Below, in pieces: positions 36,754 through 46,004 of a stretch of 54,565 nucleotides of DNA (positions within the stretch are counted from its first letter, which is position 1; each line of letters starts with the position of its first letter). A model generated the notes under the pieces. That model ran no database searches and was not told the origin of the DNA. It saw only the letters and a list, made by a program, of their open reading frames with translations. The translations under genes were made by a program, and so were the position numbers. The stretch comes from an uncultured Candidatus Saccharibacteria bacterium (GTDB lineage: Bacteria; Patescibacteriota; Minisyncoccia; UBA6257; GWB1-50-10): assembly GCA_964357525.1 (NCBI GenBank), contig CAYHLH010000003.1, positions 1,298 to 55,862 of the forward strand, read 5' to 3'.

Positions 36754-36792
36754 AGGAGGTCCCACCCCGCCAACGGCGGGGAACGACCTCCT
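36754..36792. repeat. Hairpin family D, copy 4
   Basis: AGGAGGTCCCACCCCGCCAACGGCGGGGAACGACCTCCT. Confidence 0.8.
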
Positions 36793-39221
36793 CACCGCCG
36801 GTTCTTTTCCGCTTTGAATATACGTTCCGTCGTCTTCACGACGGTGTCGGGATTCAGGGACATGCTCTCGATGCCTTCCTTCACGAGGAACTCGGCGAAA
36901 TCCGGCATGTCGGATGGCCCCTGCCCGCATATGCCGATGTACTTCTTACGTTTCTTCGCGATCTTTATGACCTGCGAAATGAGACGCTTCACCGCCTCAT
37001 CGCGCTCGTTGGAGATCCCGCGTATGCGCTCGTTTCCGTCGCGGTCGATGCCGAGCGTGAGCTGGGTCAGGTCGTTGGAGCCTATGGACATTCCGTCGAA
37101 CACCTCCAGGAACTCATCTGCAAGCAAGATGTTCGAGGGTATCTCGCACATCACGTACACGTGAAAATCCTTGGTCTTCTTGAGGCCGTACCGGGCCATG
37201 ACCGCAAGCACCTTTTTCCCCTCCTCCACCGTCCTGCAGAACGGTATCATCACGACTACGTTCGTGAGGCCCATTTCCTCGCGCACCTTCTTTATCGCCG
37301 CGCACTCCAGCGCGAACGCGGGCTCGAACTCCGGGTGGTAGTAGCGCGAGGCGCCGCGCCACCCTATCATCGGATTTTCCTCCCTCAGCTCGTAGAGGTC
37401 TCCGCCGAGTAGCGTCCTGTACTCGTTCGTCTTGAAGTCGGAGAAGCGCACGATGACCTTCTTCGGGTGGAATGCAAGGCCTATCTTCGCGATGCCGTAC
37501 GCGAGCTTGTCCGTATAGAACTCCTTCTTGTCCTTATACCCCAGGGACCGCTTCTCTATCGCCCTCGCAAGCGCGGGGATGCGCTCCTTCACCTTCTGAA
37601 ACTCGATGAGCGCCATCGGATGCACACCTATCTCCGAGGCGATGATGAACTCCTCCCGCGCGAGGCCCACGCCGTCGTTCGGAAGGAACGATTTTTCGAA
37701 CGCGGTGTCGGGCGTCGCGATGTTCATCATTATCTTCGTCTTCGGGCGCTTGAGCTTCTTCACGTCGTGCGTCACCACCTTGAACGGCACCGCCCCCTCA
37801 TAGACGATTCCCTCCGCGCCGGAGACGTCAACGGTGACGAGGTCTCCCGTCTTGATCTTCCTGGTCGCATTCTCCGTTCCGACGACGCAGGGAATTCCGA
37901 GCTCGCGGCTGACGATCGCGGCGTGGCTTGTCCTCCCGCCCTTGTTCGTCACGATAGCCGAGGCGATCTTCATGATCGGCTCCCAATCGGGGTCCGTCAT
38001 GTCGGTCACCAGGACCTCGCCCTTCTGGAAAGAGTTGATGCCCGACGCCGACAGGATGACCCGCGCACGCCCCGATGCTATGCTCACGCCGACGGACGCG
38101 CCCTTCGTGATGACGGGGCCCGCCTTCTCGAGCAAATATTCCTTCACCTTCGTGTAATCGCGCTCCGCGTGGATGGTCTCGGGGCGCGCCTGGACGATGA
38201 AGAGCTCGCCCGAGGCGCCGTCCTTCGCCCACTCCATGTCCATCGGCGTCCATTTGCGGTTCTTCTTCGTATAGTGCTCCTCGATCATGGCCCCCCATTT
38301 CGCGAGGAGGAGGATCTCCGCGTCATCGAGCGCGAAGGATGCCTTTTCCTTATCGGTCGTCTGCGCGAGGCGGATGTTCCTGATGGTCGTCCCGTGCTCC
38401 GCGCGGTACACGAACTTCCTGTTCTTCACGCCGAGCTTCTTGGAGATGACCGGGTTCCTGCTTTTTCCTATTGCGGATTTCCACACGAGGAATTCGTCGG
38501 GCGTCACCTCTCCCTGCACGATGAGCTCCCCTAGGCCCCACGCGCCGTTTATCAAGACCACGTCCTTGAATCCGGACTCGGTATCGAGCGTGAACATCAC
38601 GCCGGAGCATCCCTTGTCGCTCCTAACCATCTTCTGCACGCCCACGGAGAGCGCCACCTTGAAATGGTCAAATCCCTTGTCCACGCGGTAGGAGATCGCC
38701 CTATCGGTGAAGAGAGAGGCCATCGCTGCCTGCACAGCCTTCACGACCTCAGTATCGCCCCTAATATTCAAAAAAGTTTCGTGTTCGCCGGCGAAGGAAG
38801 CGCCCGGAAGGTCCTCGGCGGTCGCGGAGGACCTGACCGCGACGTCCACCGCGTCCGTCTTCCCCTTAGAAAATTTCCTGCTGAACTTCCTGTATTCCGA
38901 CGCGATCTCGCGCACCAGAACTCCGGGTATCTCCGCGCCCTTCACCGCGTCGCGTATGATGCGCCCGCGCGATGCGAGGTCGCGGAGGTTCTTGGTGTCC
39001 AGTCCCTTCAAGGTATCCCGTATCTGCTTTTTCAGGCCCGTCTCCGCGAGGAAGTGGCGGTAGGCCGAGGCCGTCACGACGAACCCGGTGGGGACGCGGA
39101 TGCCCTTCTTCCCGAGCTCGCGGATCATCTCCCCGAGGGACGCGTTCTTGCCTCCCACAAGAGGGACGTCTTTTATGCCAACCTCCTCGAACCGAAGCGT
39201 GAATTTTTTGCCTTTAGTCAT
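36792..39221 (-). CDS. ppsA: Phosphoenolpyruvate synthase
   Basis: VGGKNASLGEM, VRSSATAEDLP.ASFAG, GGRTSHAAIVSRELG, EENPMIGWRGASRY, SIGSNDLTQ. Confidence 0.98.
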   Translation of the reverse strand: MTKGKKFTLRFEEVGIKDVPLVGGKNASLGEMIRELGKKGIRVPTGFVVTASAYRHFLAETGLKKQIRDTLKGLDTKNLRDLASRGRIIRDAVKGAEIPGVLVREIASEYRKFSRKFSKGKTDAVDVAVRSSATAEDLPGASFAGEHETFLNIRGDTEVVKAVQAAMASLFTDRAISYRVDKGFDHFKVALSVGVQKMVRSDKGCSGVMFTLDTESGFKDVVLINGAWGLGELIVQGEVTPDEFLVWKSAIGKSRNPVISKKLGVKNRKFVYRAEHGTTIRNIRLAQTTDKEKASFALDDAEILLLAKWGAMIEEHYTKKNRKWTPMDMEWAKDGASGELFIVQARPETIHAERDYTKVKEYLLEKAGPVITKGASVGVSIASGRARVILSASGINSFQKGEVLVTDMTDPDWEPIMKIASAIVTNKGGRTSHAAIVSRELGIPCVVGTENATRKIKTGDLVTVDVSGAEGIVYEGAVPFKVVTHDVKKLKRPKTKIMMNIATPDTAFEKSFLPNDGVGLAREEFIIASEIGVHPMALIEFQKVKERIPALARAIEKRSLGYKDKKEFYTDKLAYGIAKIGLAFHPKKVIVRFSDFKTNEYRTLLGGDLYELREENPMIGWRGASRYYHPEFEPAFALECAAIKKVREEMGLTNVVVMIPFCRTVEEGKKVLAVMARYGLKKTKDFHVYVMCEIPSNILLADEFLEVFDGMSIGSNDLTQLTLGIDRDGNERIRGISNERDEAVKRLISQVIKIAKKRKKYIGICGQGPSDMPDFAEFLVKEGIESMSLNPDTVVKTTERIFKAEKNRR

Positions 39222-39418
39222 ACCCAGTATATCAACTTCGATTGGTTGCACCGCGACAAGGTGCATGATTTTTTGATTGCATTGTTTCTTTTTCCCAGCT
39301 GTTATTCTTCTCTTTGTCTCTTTTCACAGAGCGTATCGAAGTTGTACTACTGGGCATACGGGTTAATTATATACCGAAAACAAAAAATCCCGAGGGCGGC
39401 GGGGAAGACCTCTATGCA

Positions 39419-39787
39419 TCAAGGCAGCGGACATCCGGATTCGGCGGCGAGTTTCGCGAGTGGCTGTTCGCCGACGAGCGTCACGCCGTTCGGGAATATC
39501 CACGTGGGGAATCCCTGAATGCCCTTATCGGTGCAGAGCGGGATGTTGTCGGGGCACTCAACGTACTTCACGTACTTGAACGCCTCTCCGAATGCCGCCT
39601 TCTGGTTCTGGCAGTGGGAGCACCACGCGGCGCCGTACATAACGACATCTTTCCCCGCCAAACACTGCGCAAAAGCCGAGTAATCCGTTTCCGGCTCCTT
39701 CCGCGAAAGGGAAAACGCCAAGGCGCCCGCGAGGAGGAACATCACGAGTATGGCGCCCACGGCAAAATACATCTTTGAGTCCTTCAT
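39419..39787 (-). CDS. Membrane-anchored thioredoxin-like protein
   Basis: TM anchor; MYGAAWCSHC.NQK..FG, YVEC, GFPTW. Confidence 0.85.
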   Translation of the reverse strand: MKDSKMYFAVGAILVMFLLAGALAFSLSRKEPETDYSAFAQCLAGKDVVMYGAAWCSHCQNQKAAFGEAFKYVKYVECPDNIPLCTDKGIQGFPTWIFPNGVTLVGEQPLAKLAAESGCPLP

Positions 39788-39797
39788 CCGTTTTTCA

Positions 39798-40343
39798 TCA
39801 TTCGTCGCAACAATCGACCAATTTGCTCACTATATCCTCGAACGACATCCTTCCGTTCGGGTTTTTGTCCTTGCGGTTCAGCGCCCCGTCGGGGATCTTC
39901 TTCACGTTCGAAAGGTCAATGAGCTTCAGGCGCAATCCCCAGAAAAGCGAATAGACCTTGTATGCGTTCCGGAACATTTGTTTCGCCTCATCAGGTTTCC
40001 CCGTCGTCTGGAGCTTCGTGCCGACCTCCATAAGGCGCATCGTCGCGGCCAAGAGGTGTTTGCTGATGCACCACGTTTCCCCTTCGTGCGCGGGTATCAT
40101 CTTCGCCAAGAGTCCCTTCCGGAGCGTGCGCGTTTCGTCCAGGAGTTTCAGGTAATCGTCTTCCTTTTTCGTTTTCTCCGCCGTGAAGAAAAAGTGTTCC
40201 TCCAAACTGATGAGGTTCATGACCGCGATCGAGAGGTCCTCGTCGAGCGAGAGGTCGAACGAGCCGCTTTTCTTCAGCTCTTCAACTTTTTTTATGAATT
40301 TGCCTATATCCTTTTCTTCCATAAGACGCGGGGTTTCAGTCAT
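39798..40343 (-). CDS. Hypothetical helical protein (C-terminal DCCDE)
   Basis: NLISLEEH, WCISKHLL; adjoins or overlaps both neighbours. Confidence 0.75.
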   Translation of the reverse strand: MTETPRLMEEKDIGKFIKKVEELKKSGSFDLSLDEDLSIAVMNLISLEEHFFFTAEKTKKEDDYLKLLDETRTLRKGLLAKMIPAHEGETWCISKHLLAATMRLMEVGTKLQTTGKPDEAKQMFRNAYKVYSLFWGLRLKLIDLSNVKKIPDGALNRKDKNPNGRMSFEDIVSKLVDCCDE

Positions 40344-40349
40344 TGTACC

Positions 40350-41138
40350 TCAAAAGAGGAGGATGAGCACTCCGACGAGCACGAGCCCGATGCCGGAAAA
40401 GAGTTTCATCCCGCCGGCGTTTTTCTTGCGCCATGCCTCCGCGCGGCCGATGAGCGCGGGACTCGAAGCGACTATGAGAGCGGCAAGGAGCGGCAAAACG
40501 AAGACGATGTTGTACCAGAGTAGATACCCGAACCCGCGGAGATACGCGGCGCTGTCGTGCAGAAGCCCCAGAATCGTGAGATACGGCCCGCCGGTGCACG
40601 GAAACTCGAAGAGCGCCACGAATCCTCCGAGGAGGAACGCGCTCGGAAGGGACCCTTTCTCGATGAAGCGGGCGATCTTGGGGTGAGCCGACTTCGGGAG
40701 CTTGAAGCGGATGGGGAATCCGGGGAAGAAATGCCCGATGAGCTCCGCAACGCCGAAGAAGATGACGAGCCATGCGGCGAGTTTTGAAACGAAATTCGGT
40801 ATGCCGAGGAACGTGAGCGCCTGGAGTATCCCCAATCCTATCAGAAGATAGGTGACGAAAATGCCGAATATGTACGCGCCTCCGGTAATGAGAATGAATT
40901 TTCTGGACCTCTGGAGCGATAACAGGAACGCGACCGTGAGAAGCAGGACCGAGAACGCGCAGGGATTGATGCTGTCCACGAGCGACGCAATGGTGACAAA
41001 AGGAAAGAAAAGGCCGCTTTCCGGCGTGATGCGCGTTCCAGAAAAATAATTTGAGAACGCCAGCTTCGCGCCAAAAAGAAGCAGGGCAAAAACCACGAAG
41101 ACAATTACAAGTTTAACGAGATCTTTCTTATTGCGCAT
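40350..41138 (-). CDS. CcdA/DsbD-like transmembrane electron transporter (cytochrome c biogenesis family)
   Basis: DSINPCAF and EFPCTGGPY Cys pair, YNxxFVLPL, multiple TMs. Confidence 0.85.
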   Translation of the reverse strand: MRNKKDLVKLVIVFVVFALLLFGAKLAFSNYFSGTRITPESGLFFPFVTIASLVDSINPCAFSVLLLTVAFLLSLQRSRKFILITGGAYIFGIFVTYLLIGLGILQALTFLGIPNFVSKLAAWLVIFFGVAELIGHFFPGFPIRFKLPKSAHPKIARFIEKGSLPSAFLLGGFVALFEFPCTGGPYLTILGLLHDSAAYLRGFGYLLWYNIVFVLPLLAALIVASSPALIGRAEAWRKKNAGGMKLFSGIGLVLVGVLILLF

Positions 41139-41226
41139 CCGTTTAGAATAGCAAAAATTTCCAATATGCGAAAACTTTCCCGCGCTGGCACGTTCGTAAA
41201 ACTCCAACGGTTTAACATAATTAAAC

Positions 41227-41255
41227 TTGACAAACCTTTTATTTTTCTGTAAAAA
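41227..41255 (+). promoter_or_regulatory. Near-consensus sigma70 promoter of the tas-array locus
   Basis: TTGACA (41227-41232) - 17 nt - TAAAAT (41250-41255). Confidence 0.75.
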
Positions 41256-41301
41256 TAAACCAGAATTTCAAATAAAATTAACATAAAAATATGGGGCGAA
41301 T

Positions 41302-42090
41302 ATGAAAAAAGAAGAAGTCCAGAGCGGACTGGAATCAAAATTAGGCACACTAGGCGCGCTCGTCGATTTTCAGCTACAACTTGAGAAAGCGATTACCGCG
41401 CTGAAAATCCGTAATACGCATTTAACCAAAAACGGTTCAGTCGACCCGCACACGAAGGAATTGTTACTCGAGTCAATAAAATTCAAGAGAGAGTTTCTCT
41501 TGAAACCAGTGAAGCGGCTTCTTGTAACGCACCCCGCATACCCGTGGTTCTCAAGGGTGAAGGGAATTGGAAATGAAAACATTTCTAAAGTCATCACGCT
41601 CATTGATATTGCGAAAGCTCCGACTATAAGTTCGTTGTGGAAATATGCAGGCTTCAGCGTGATTGAAGGAAAAGCTAATCGTCCTCAAAAAGGCAAAAAG
41701 CTCGACTTCAACAAGGAACTGAAGGTGATGTGCTGGCGGGTTGGCGTGGCGCTGATTAAGGCCAACCACCTGTCAAAAAACGGCACGAAATTCGGGCGCT
41801 TTTTCAAAAAGTATTTAGAAGAAGAAAAGGCAAAATTCGAAAGAGACGGCAAGAAGGTAATCCCGACGAAGGACTGGAAGAAAATCGCGAAAAACCCGGA
41901 ATCTTCCGAAGATTTCCGGAGTGAATATTACGTGCAGAACAGGGCTTTCAGGAGAATGATCAAACTTTTCCTCGGTTGTCTGTGGTTATTTTGGAGAAAA
42001 GCCGAGGGACTGGCGATACGCGATCCCTACCCCATCGAAAAAATGGGCCATACAACTTTGATTAAACCGGAAGAAATGATTGATAGATAA
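41302..42090 (+). CDS. Nop-domain / IS110-RNA-binding-domain protein without a nuclease domain (TasA-like TIGR-associated protein)
   Basis: Coiled-coil N-terminus, then HPAYPWFSRVKGIG...IDIAKAPTISSLWKYAG...R.KGKKLDFN..LK...WR.G..L...RAFRRMIKLFL..LW..WR..EGL....PY; no RuvC DEDD or HNH motif seen; directly followed by a 36-nt array. Confidence 0.85.
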   Translation: MKKEEVQSGLESKLGTLGALVDFQLQLEKAITALKIRNTHLTKNGSVDPHTKELLLESIKFKREFLLKPVKRLLVTHPAYPWFSRVKGIGNENISKVITLIDIAKAPTISSLWKYAGFSVIEGKANRPQKGKKLDFNKELKVMCWRVGVALIKANHLSKNGTKFGRFFKKYLEEEKAKFERDGKKVIPTKDWKKIAKNPESSEDFRSEYYVQNRAFRRMIKLFLGCLWLFWRKAEGLAIRDPYPIEKMGHTTLIKPEEMIDR

Positions 42091-42270
42091 AGCCATTTCA
42101 TACGAGAAAACCAAAAACGATAAGCGAGCCATCAATTTATAGAAAACCAGAGAATAAAAGCGAGCCATTCTTTCCAAGAAAACCAAGAAGTATAAGCGAG
42201 CCAATATATTCAAGAAAACCAATTGTCATAAGCGAGCCATGGTTGGCAAGAAAATCAGAATCAACAAGCG
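42091..42270 (+). ncRNA. TIGR-like tandem interspaced guide-RNA array: 5 x 36 nt (AGCCA-N9-AGAAAACCA-N9-AGCG)
   Basis: Units start at 42091, 42127, 42163, 42199 and 42235. Spacer pairs: TTTCATACG/AAAACGATA, TCAATTTAT/GAGAATAAA, TTCTTTCCA/AGAAGTATA, ATATATTCA/ATTGTCATA, TGGTTGGCA/GAATCAACA. Unit 5 loop is AGAAAATCA. Confidence 0.9.
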
Positions 42271-42271
42271 G

Positions 42272-42302
42272 GCCGCCACTTTAAAAAAGTGGCGGTTTTT
42301 TT
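42272..42302 (+). terminator. Intrinsic terminator closing the tas-array transcript
   Basis: GCCGCCACTTT-AAA-AAAGTGGCGGT-TTTTTT. Confidence 0.8.
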
Positions 42303-43530
42303 ATTTATTCTCCAATTTGGGCGTTTTCTCCGAAATCAAAAAATTACCGTCATTATTTCTTGAAAAGCTTTTTCCTTTCTGGATTTCCGTCCACGAAACT
42401 TCTTGAATGACCTCCCCCTTCGGATTCACGAAAAGCACGGCATTGTTGGAGTACGCGAGCGTGTTGGATTTCGCCCACGCGGCGTCGGGGGCGGGACCTC
42501 CGCGGTATCCTCCTTCGTTCGCGAGGAGAAGGAACCCTTTCGCGGGAACCGTTTTTCCCTCGAGACGCGATGCGGAAACGAGAGAGCTTACGGCACCGGT
42601 ACCGCTCCTCTTCTTCAGGGACCAGCCCGTGAGCGAAGCAGGCGCATCGCTCGGATTCCAAATCTCTATATACTCGTTATCCGAGGCGCCCTCCTCGCCC
42701 ACAAAGACCTCGTTGATGGCCACCGGCGAATACACCGAAACGGTCCCTTGAGAAACTGCCTCCACTTTGGGCCGTGAACTGTGAGCGTTGAATGGCAAAG
42801 GTTGAGGGGCGGGTGTTTTTTGATTTTTGGTTTCAAGTGAAATTCCCGATGAATTTTCCCCGCCCGGCGTTCCTCCGGAAATCGAGGAAGTTTGCCACTT
42901 GAGCGCGCCCGTGCGTTCCATCGTCCGTTTCGTTTCGTTGTCGCCAGCAGGCCACATACCCCTCGGAACCTCGTCAGCAAGTCCGCAATCTGCGGTGAAA
43001 AGCCGGAGGCCGGTGCCGGTATTCACGAGCGCGCCGTCGTAAGTGAGGTTGCCTGAAATTTTGCCCGACGCCTTCCGCACAAGAAGATTAAACCCGCCCG
43101 CGGGGAGCACCGTACCTTTTGGAATCGTTATTTTGATGCGTTCGTCTGCATTTATGATCTGCCAAAGGGAAATGTTCGCCTCGCGCCCCGAAACGTTCTT
43201 CAATTCCATCCATTCGGCGTTGTAATCCTCCTTCATTCCCATCCACGCGATCTCATTGAATATAACGGGACCGCCCGCCGGCGCCGAAGCCGACCCATAC
43301 ACACACGGATGGAAAGCCGGCCCCCCGCTTCGGGAGGCGAGGTCGACCTCCGCAATCGGTTCCTCGCGGGACAGAAACCCGCCCACAGCGGAAGAAAGGG
43401 AGGCGAGAAAACTATCCCCGCCGGAAAAACCTTTCCCAAAAATGAGAAACATCCCGAGAAAGAGCGCGAGAAAGGCGCCGAGCGCCGCGCCCGCAATTTT
43501 GAGCCCCTTCAAGATCGGGTTTGGGGGCAT
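42301..43530 (-). CDS. Membrane-anchored protein with two lamin-tail domains
   Basis: VIFNEIAWMG....EWMELKN and VAINEVF....NEYIEIWNP....SLTGWSL; N-terminal TM. Confidence 0.85.
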   Translation of the reverse strand: MPPNPILKGLKIAGAALGAFLALFLGMFLIFGKGFSGGDSFLASLSSAVGGFLSREEPIAEVDLASRSGGPAFHPCVYGSASAPAGGPVIFNEIAWMGMKEDYNAEWMELKNVSGREANISLWQIINADERIKITIPKGTVLPAGGFNLLVRKASGKISGNLTYDGALVNTGTGLRLFTADCGLADEVPRGMWPAGDNETKRTMERTGALKWQTSSISGGTPGGENSSGISLETKNQKTPAPQPLPFNAHSSRPKVEAVSQGTVSVYSPVAINEVFVGEEGASDNEYIEIWNPSDAPASLTGWSLKKRSGTGAVSSLVSASRLEGKTVPAKGFLLLANEGGYRGGPAPDAAWAKSNTLAYSNNAVLFVNPKGEVIQEVSWTEIQKGKSFSRNNDGNFLISEKTPKLENK

Positions 43531-43572
43531 AGTTCCTCCATTATACGCTTTTTTGATGGTATACTTATACAT

Positions 43573-44526
43573 ATGCTTCGCGGCACAAGGATATTTCTCG
43601 CCATCGGCGCGTTCCTCGTCGGAGCGCTGTTTTTCCTCGCGGCGAATTACCTCGTCGCGCTCGCCGCGACGAACATCAGCGCGACCACGGCGGAGCACTT
43701 CGCGTGGGACGACGTCACGGGCTGGTGGAATTTCTACGCGACCGACAACATCGAGGTCGAGAACACCAGGGTCACCGGATACGCCTCGAGCTCGTTCGGC
43801 TACATCTCGCTTGACTGCGCGACGAGCCCGAACAACAACATCTGCGGCACCTCGAACTACGGCGTGTGCAACGGGCCCGGACCGCATGGCGCGGACGGGA
43901 CGTGCCCCAACGGCGACGCGTCGGGAATCCTTTCCGGATGGGGATGGAGCGACGAGATAGGGTGGATAAGCTTCAACTGTTCCGACCCCGGAGTCTGCGG
44001 CACCTCGAATTACAAGGTGCAGATAGACGGCTCTGGCAACTTCAGCGGATGGGCGTGGAATGACGTCGTCGGGTGGATAAGCTTCAATTGCGGGAATTAC
44101 TCCGGTTGCGGCGCGTCCGAATACAAGGTGAAGACGAGCTGGGTCGCGACGAGCACCGTCGGATACCTGGAATCATCCATCTTCGACACCGAGCGCATCG
44201 CCGGAGGACTCTTGAACGGCATCGTGTGGCAAGGCACCAGCCCCGGCGCGGAGTCGTGCGTTTCCTTCCAGAACGCGGTTTCCAACAATTCCGGAGGCCC
44301 GTGGAACTACAAGGGGCCATCCGGCACCGCCATCGACTATTACGGGGCGGCGTGCGCGAGCGCTCCGAACGGGGGCATCGGGTGCGCATCCCCGAACGTC
44401 CCGACCTGCGTAGACAAGAGCCAATTCACGAATTACCGCTATCTCCGATACAAGGTGAAGCTGCAGAGCACGCTCACGCAGGTCTCGCCAGAGATAAGCG
44501 ACATCATCCTTAACTGGAGCCCGTAG
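43573..44526 (+). CDS. Secreted Cys/Trp-rich CPR surface protein (GWxWxDxxGWISFNC repeats)
   Basis: Signal/TM; repeated SGW.W.D..GWISFNC; C-terminal YRYLRYKVKL. Confidence 0.8.
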   Translation: MLRGTRIFLAIGAFLVGALFFLAANYLVALAATNISATTAEHFAWDDVTGWWNFYATDNIEVENTRVTGYASSSFGYISLDCATSPNNNICGTSNYGVCNGPGPHGADGTCPNGDASGILSGWGWSDEIGWISFNCSDPGVCGTSNYKVQIDGSGNFSGWAWNDVVGWISFNCGNYSGCGASEYKVKTSWVATSTVGYLESSIFDTERIAGGLLNGIVWQGTSPGAESCVSFQNAVSNNSGGPWNYKGPSGTAIDYYGAACASAPNGGIGCASPNVPTCVDKSQFTNYRYLRYKVKLQSTLTQVSPEISDIILNWSP

Positions 44527-44558
44527 CGGAATTTAGAAGTTGGAATTTCGAATTTAGA

Positions 44559-45995
44559 ATGTTGGTCTATAACTCGCTTTCGGGGAAGAAGGAAAAACTC
44601 GTCATCCCGAAGGGCCGCCCCTTGAAATTCTTCGTCTGCGGGCCCACGGTGTACGACGCCTCCCACATCGGGCACGCGCGGACCTACCTCGTGTTCGACG
44701 CGCTCGTCCGGTTCCTCCGGAGCCGGGGCGCGAAAGTGAGCTACTTAGAGAACATCACGGACGTGGACGACCGCATCATCGCGCGTGCGCGCGCGGCGGA
44801 CGAGAGCCCTTTCACGGTCGCGAAGGCGTTCGAAAAGGAGTTCATGTCGGCGATGAAGGCCATAGGCGCGACCTCGGTCGACCGCTACGCGCGGGCCTCC
44901 GACCATATTCCTGAGATAGCGGCGCAAATTGACGCGCTCATCCGCAAGGGGTACGCGTACGAGATACCCGGCGACGGGTGGTACTTCGACGTTAAGAAAT
45001 TTCCCCGTTACGGCGCGCTTTCCCGCCGGACGGTCGAACAGGCCGACGATTCGGTGTCGCGCATAGACGCGAGCGTCAAGAAAAGGCATCGCGCGGATTT
45101 TTGCCTTTGGAAATCCGTCAAAACAAAAAAGAAGACGAAGCTCTTCGCGCGCGGCATAGAGAACGGCGAGCCGTTCTGGAACACGCCAATCGGATGCGGC
45201 AGGCCGGGGTGGCACATCGAGGACACCGCGATATCCGAAAGGTACTTCGGTCCGCAGTACGACATGCACGGCGGTGGCGTGGACCTGAAATTCCCACACC
45301 ACGAGGCGGAGATCGCCCAGGCGGAGGCGGTTTCCGGAAAGCGCCCGTTCGTCCGATATTGGCTCCACGCCGGCTCCTTGCTCGTCGAAGGCAGGAAAAT
45401 GTCGAAAAGCCTGAAGAACTTCGTGACCATAAGCGAATTCCTCGGGAACGAACCCGAAAAGCGTTCCGCCCTCCTCCGGCTTATCGTCCTCGGAAGCCAC
45501 TACCGCTCGCCCGTGCACTTTTCCGGCGCCTCGGCAGAGCAGGCCGAACGGGCGTACGAGAACATGTCCTTTTCGCTTGACGCACTCAGGTTCGCGACAA
45601 AAAAGGGCAAAAAAGGCGGGGTTCCAAATGCAACGCGCGCCGACATCTCAAAAATGGAAAGTGCGTTCGCGAGGGAAATGGAGGACGACTTCAACACCCC
45701 GAACGCGCTCGCGGCGCTCTTTTCGGCGTTCCAAAAGGTGCGGTTCGGCGCTTTTTCCTTCTCCCGCGCGGAAGCAAGGGCGTTCCTGCGCTCCGCCGAA
45801 GGGCTCCTTACGACCCTAGGCATCACCGTAAAAACGAACGCCGTTCCCCGCTCCATTGCGGAGATGGCGGTGAAGCGCGAGTTATACCGGCGAAATAAAC
45901 AGTTTACGCAGTCCGACGCATTGAGAAAAAAAGCGCATGGGTTAGGATATGAGATAAACGACACGCCACTGGGGCCGTTTGTCAGAAAACCCTGA
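44559..45995 (+). CDS. cysS: Cysteine--tRNA ligase
   Basis: CGPTVYD, HIGH, GRPGWHIED, HGGGVDLKFPHHE, KMSKS, DDFNTP. Confidence 0.98.
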   Translation: MLVYNSLSGKKEKLVIPKGRPLKFFVCGPTVYDASHIGHARTYLVFDALVRFLRSRGAKVSYLENITDVDDRIIARARAADESPFTVAKAFEKEFMSAMKAIGATSVDRYARASDHIPEIAAQIDALIRKGYAYEIPGDGWYFDVKKFPRYGALSRRTVEQADDSVSRIDASVKKRHRADFCLWKSVKTKKKTKLFARGIENGEPFWNTPIGCGRPGWHIEDTAISERYFGPQYDMHGGGVDLKFPHHEAEIAQAEAVSGKRPFVRYWLHAGSLLVEGRKMSKSLKNFVTISEFLGNEPEKRSALLRLIVLGSHYRSPVHFSGASAEQAERAYENMSFSLDALRFATKKGKKGGVPNATRADISKMESAFAREMEDDFNTPNALAALFSAFQKVRFGAFSFSRAEARAFLRSAEGLLTTLGITVKTNAVPRSIAEMAVKRELYRRNKQFTQSDALRKKAHGLGYEINDTPLGPFVRKP

Positions 45996-46004
45996 TCATT
46001 TCCC

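Noticed and set aside
41302-42090. IS110/IS1111 transposase
   Set aside because: Only the KGIG...LW.YAG RNA-binding part is present. There is no N-terminal DEDD RuvC-like domain, no SG catalytic-serine motif and no IS ends, and the protein is short.
41986-42222. 78-aa minus-strand ORF with LARL/MARF repeats
   Set aside because: It is the antisense translation of the 36-nt array, not a credible protein.
42091-42270. CRISPR array
   Set aside because: Constant segments are only 9 nt and of two alternating kinds, variable segments are 9 nt, and there are no cas genes. The geometry fits TIGR, not CRISPR.
42304-42318. Self-target of array unit 2 (TTTATTCTC-CAATTT)
   Set aside because: Matches the reverse complement of spacer B but only part of spacer A, with a 1-nt offset. 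AT-rich 9-mers match easily by chance.
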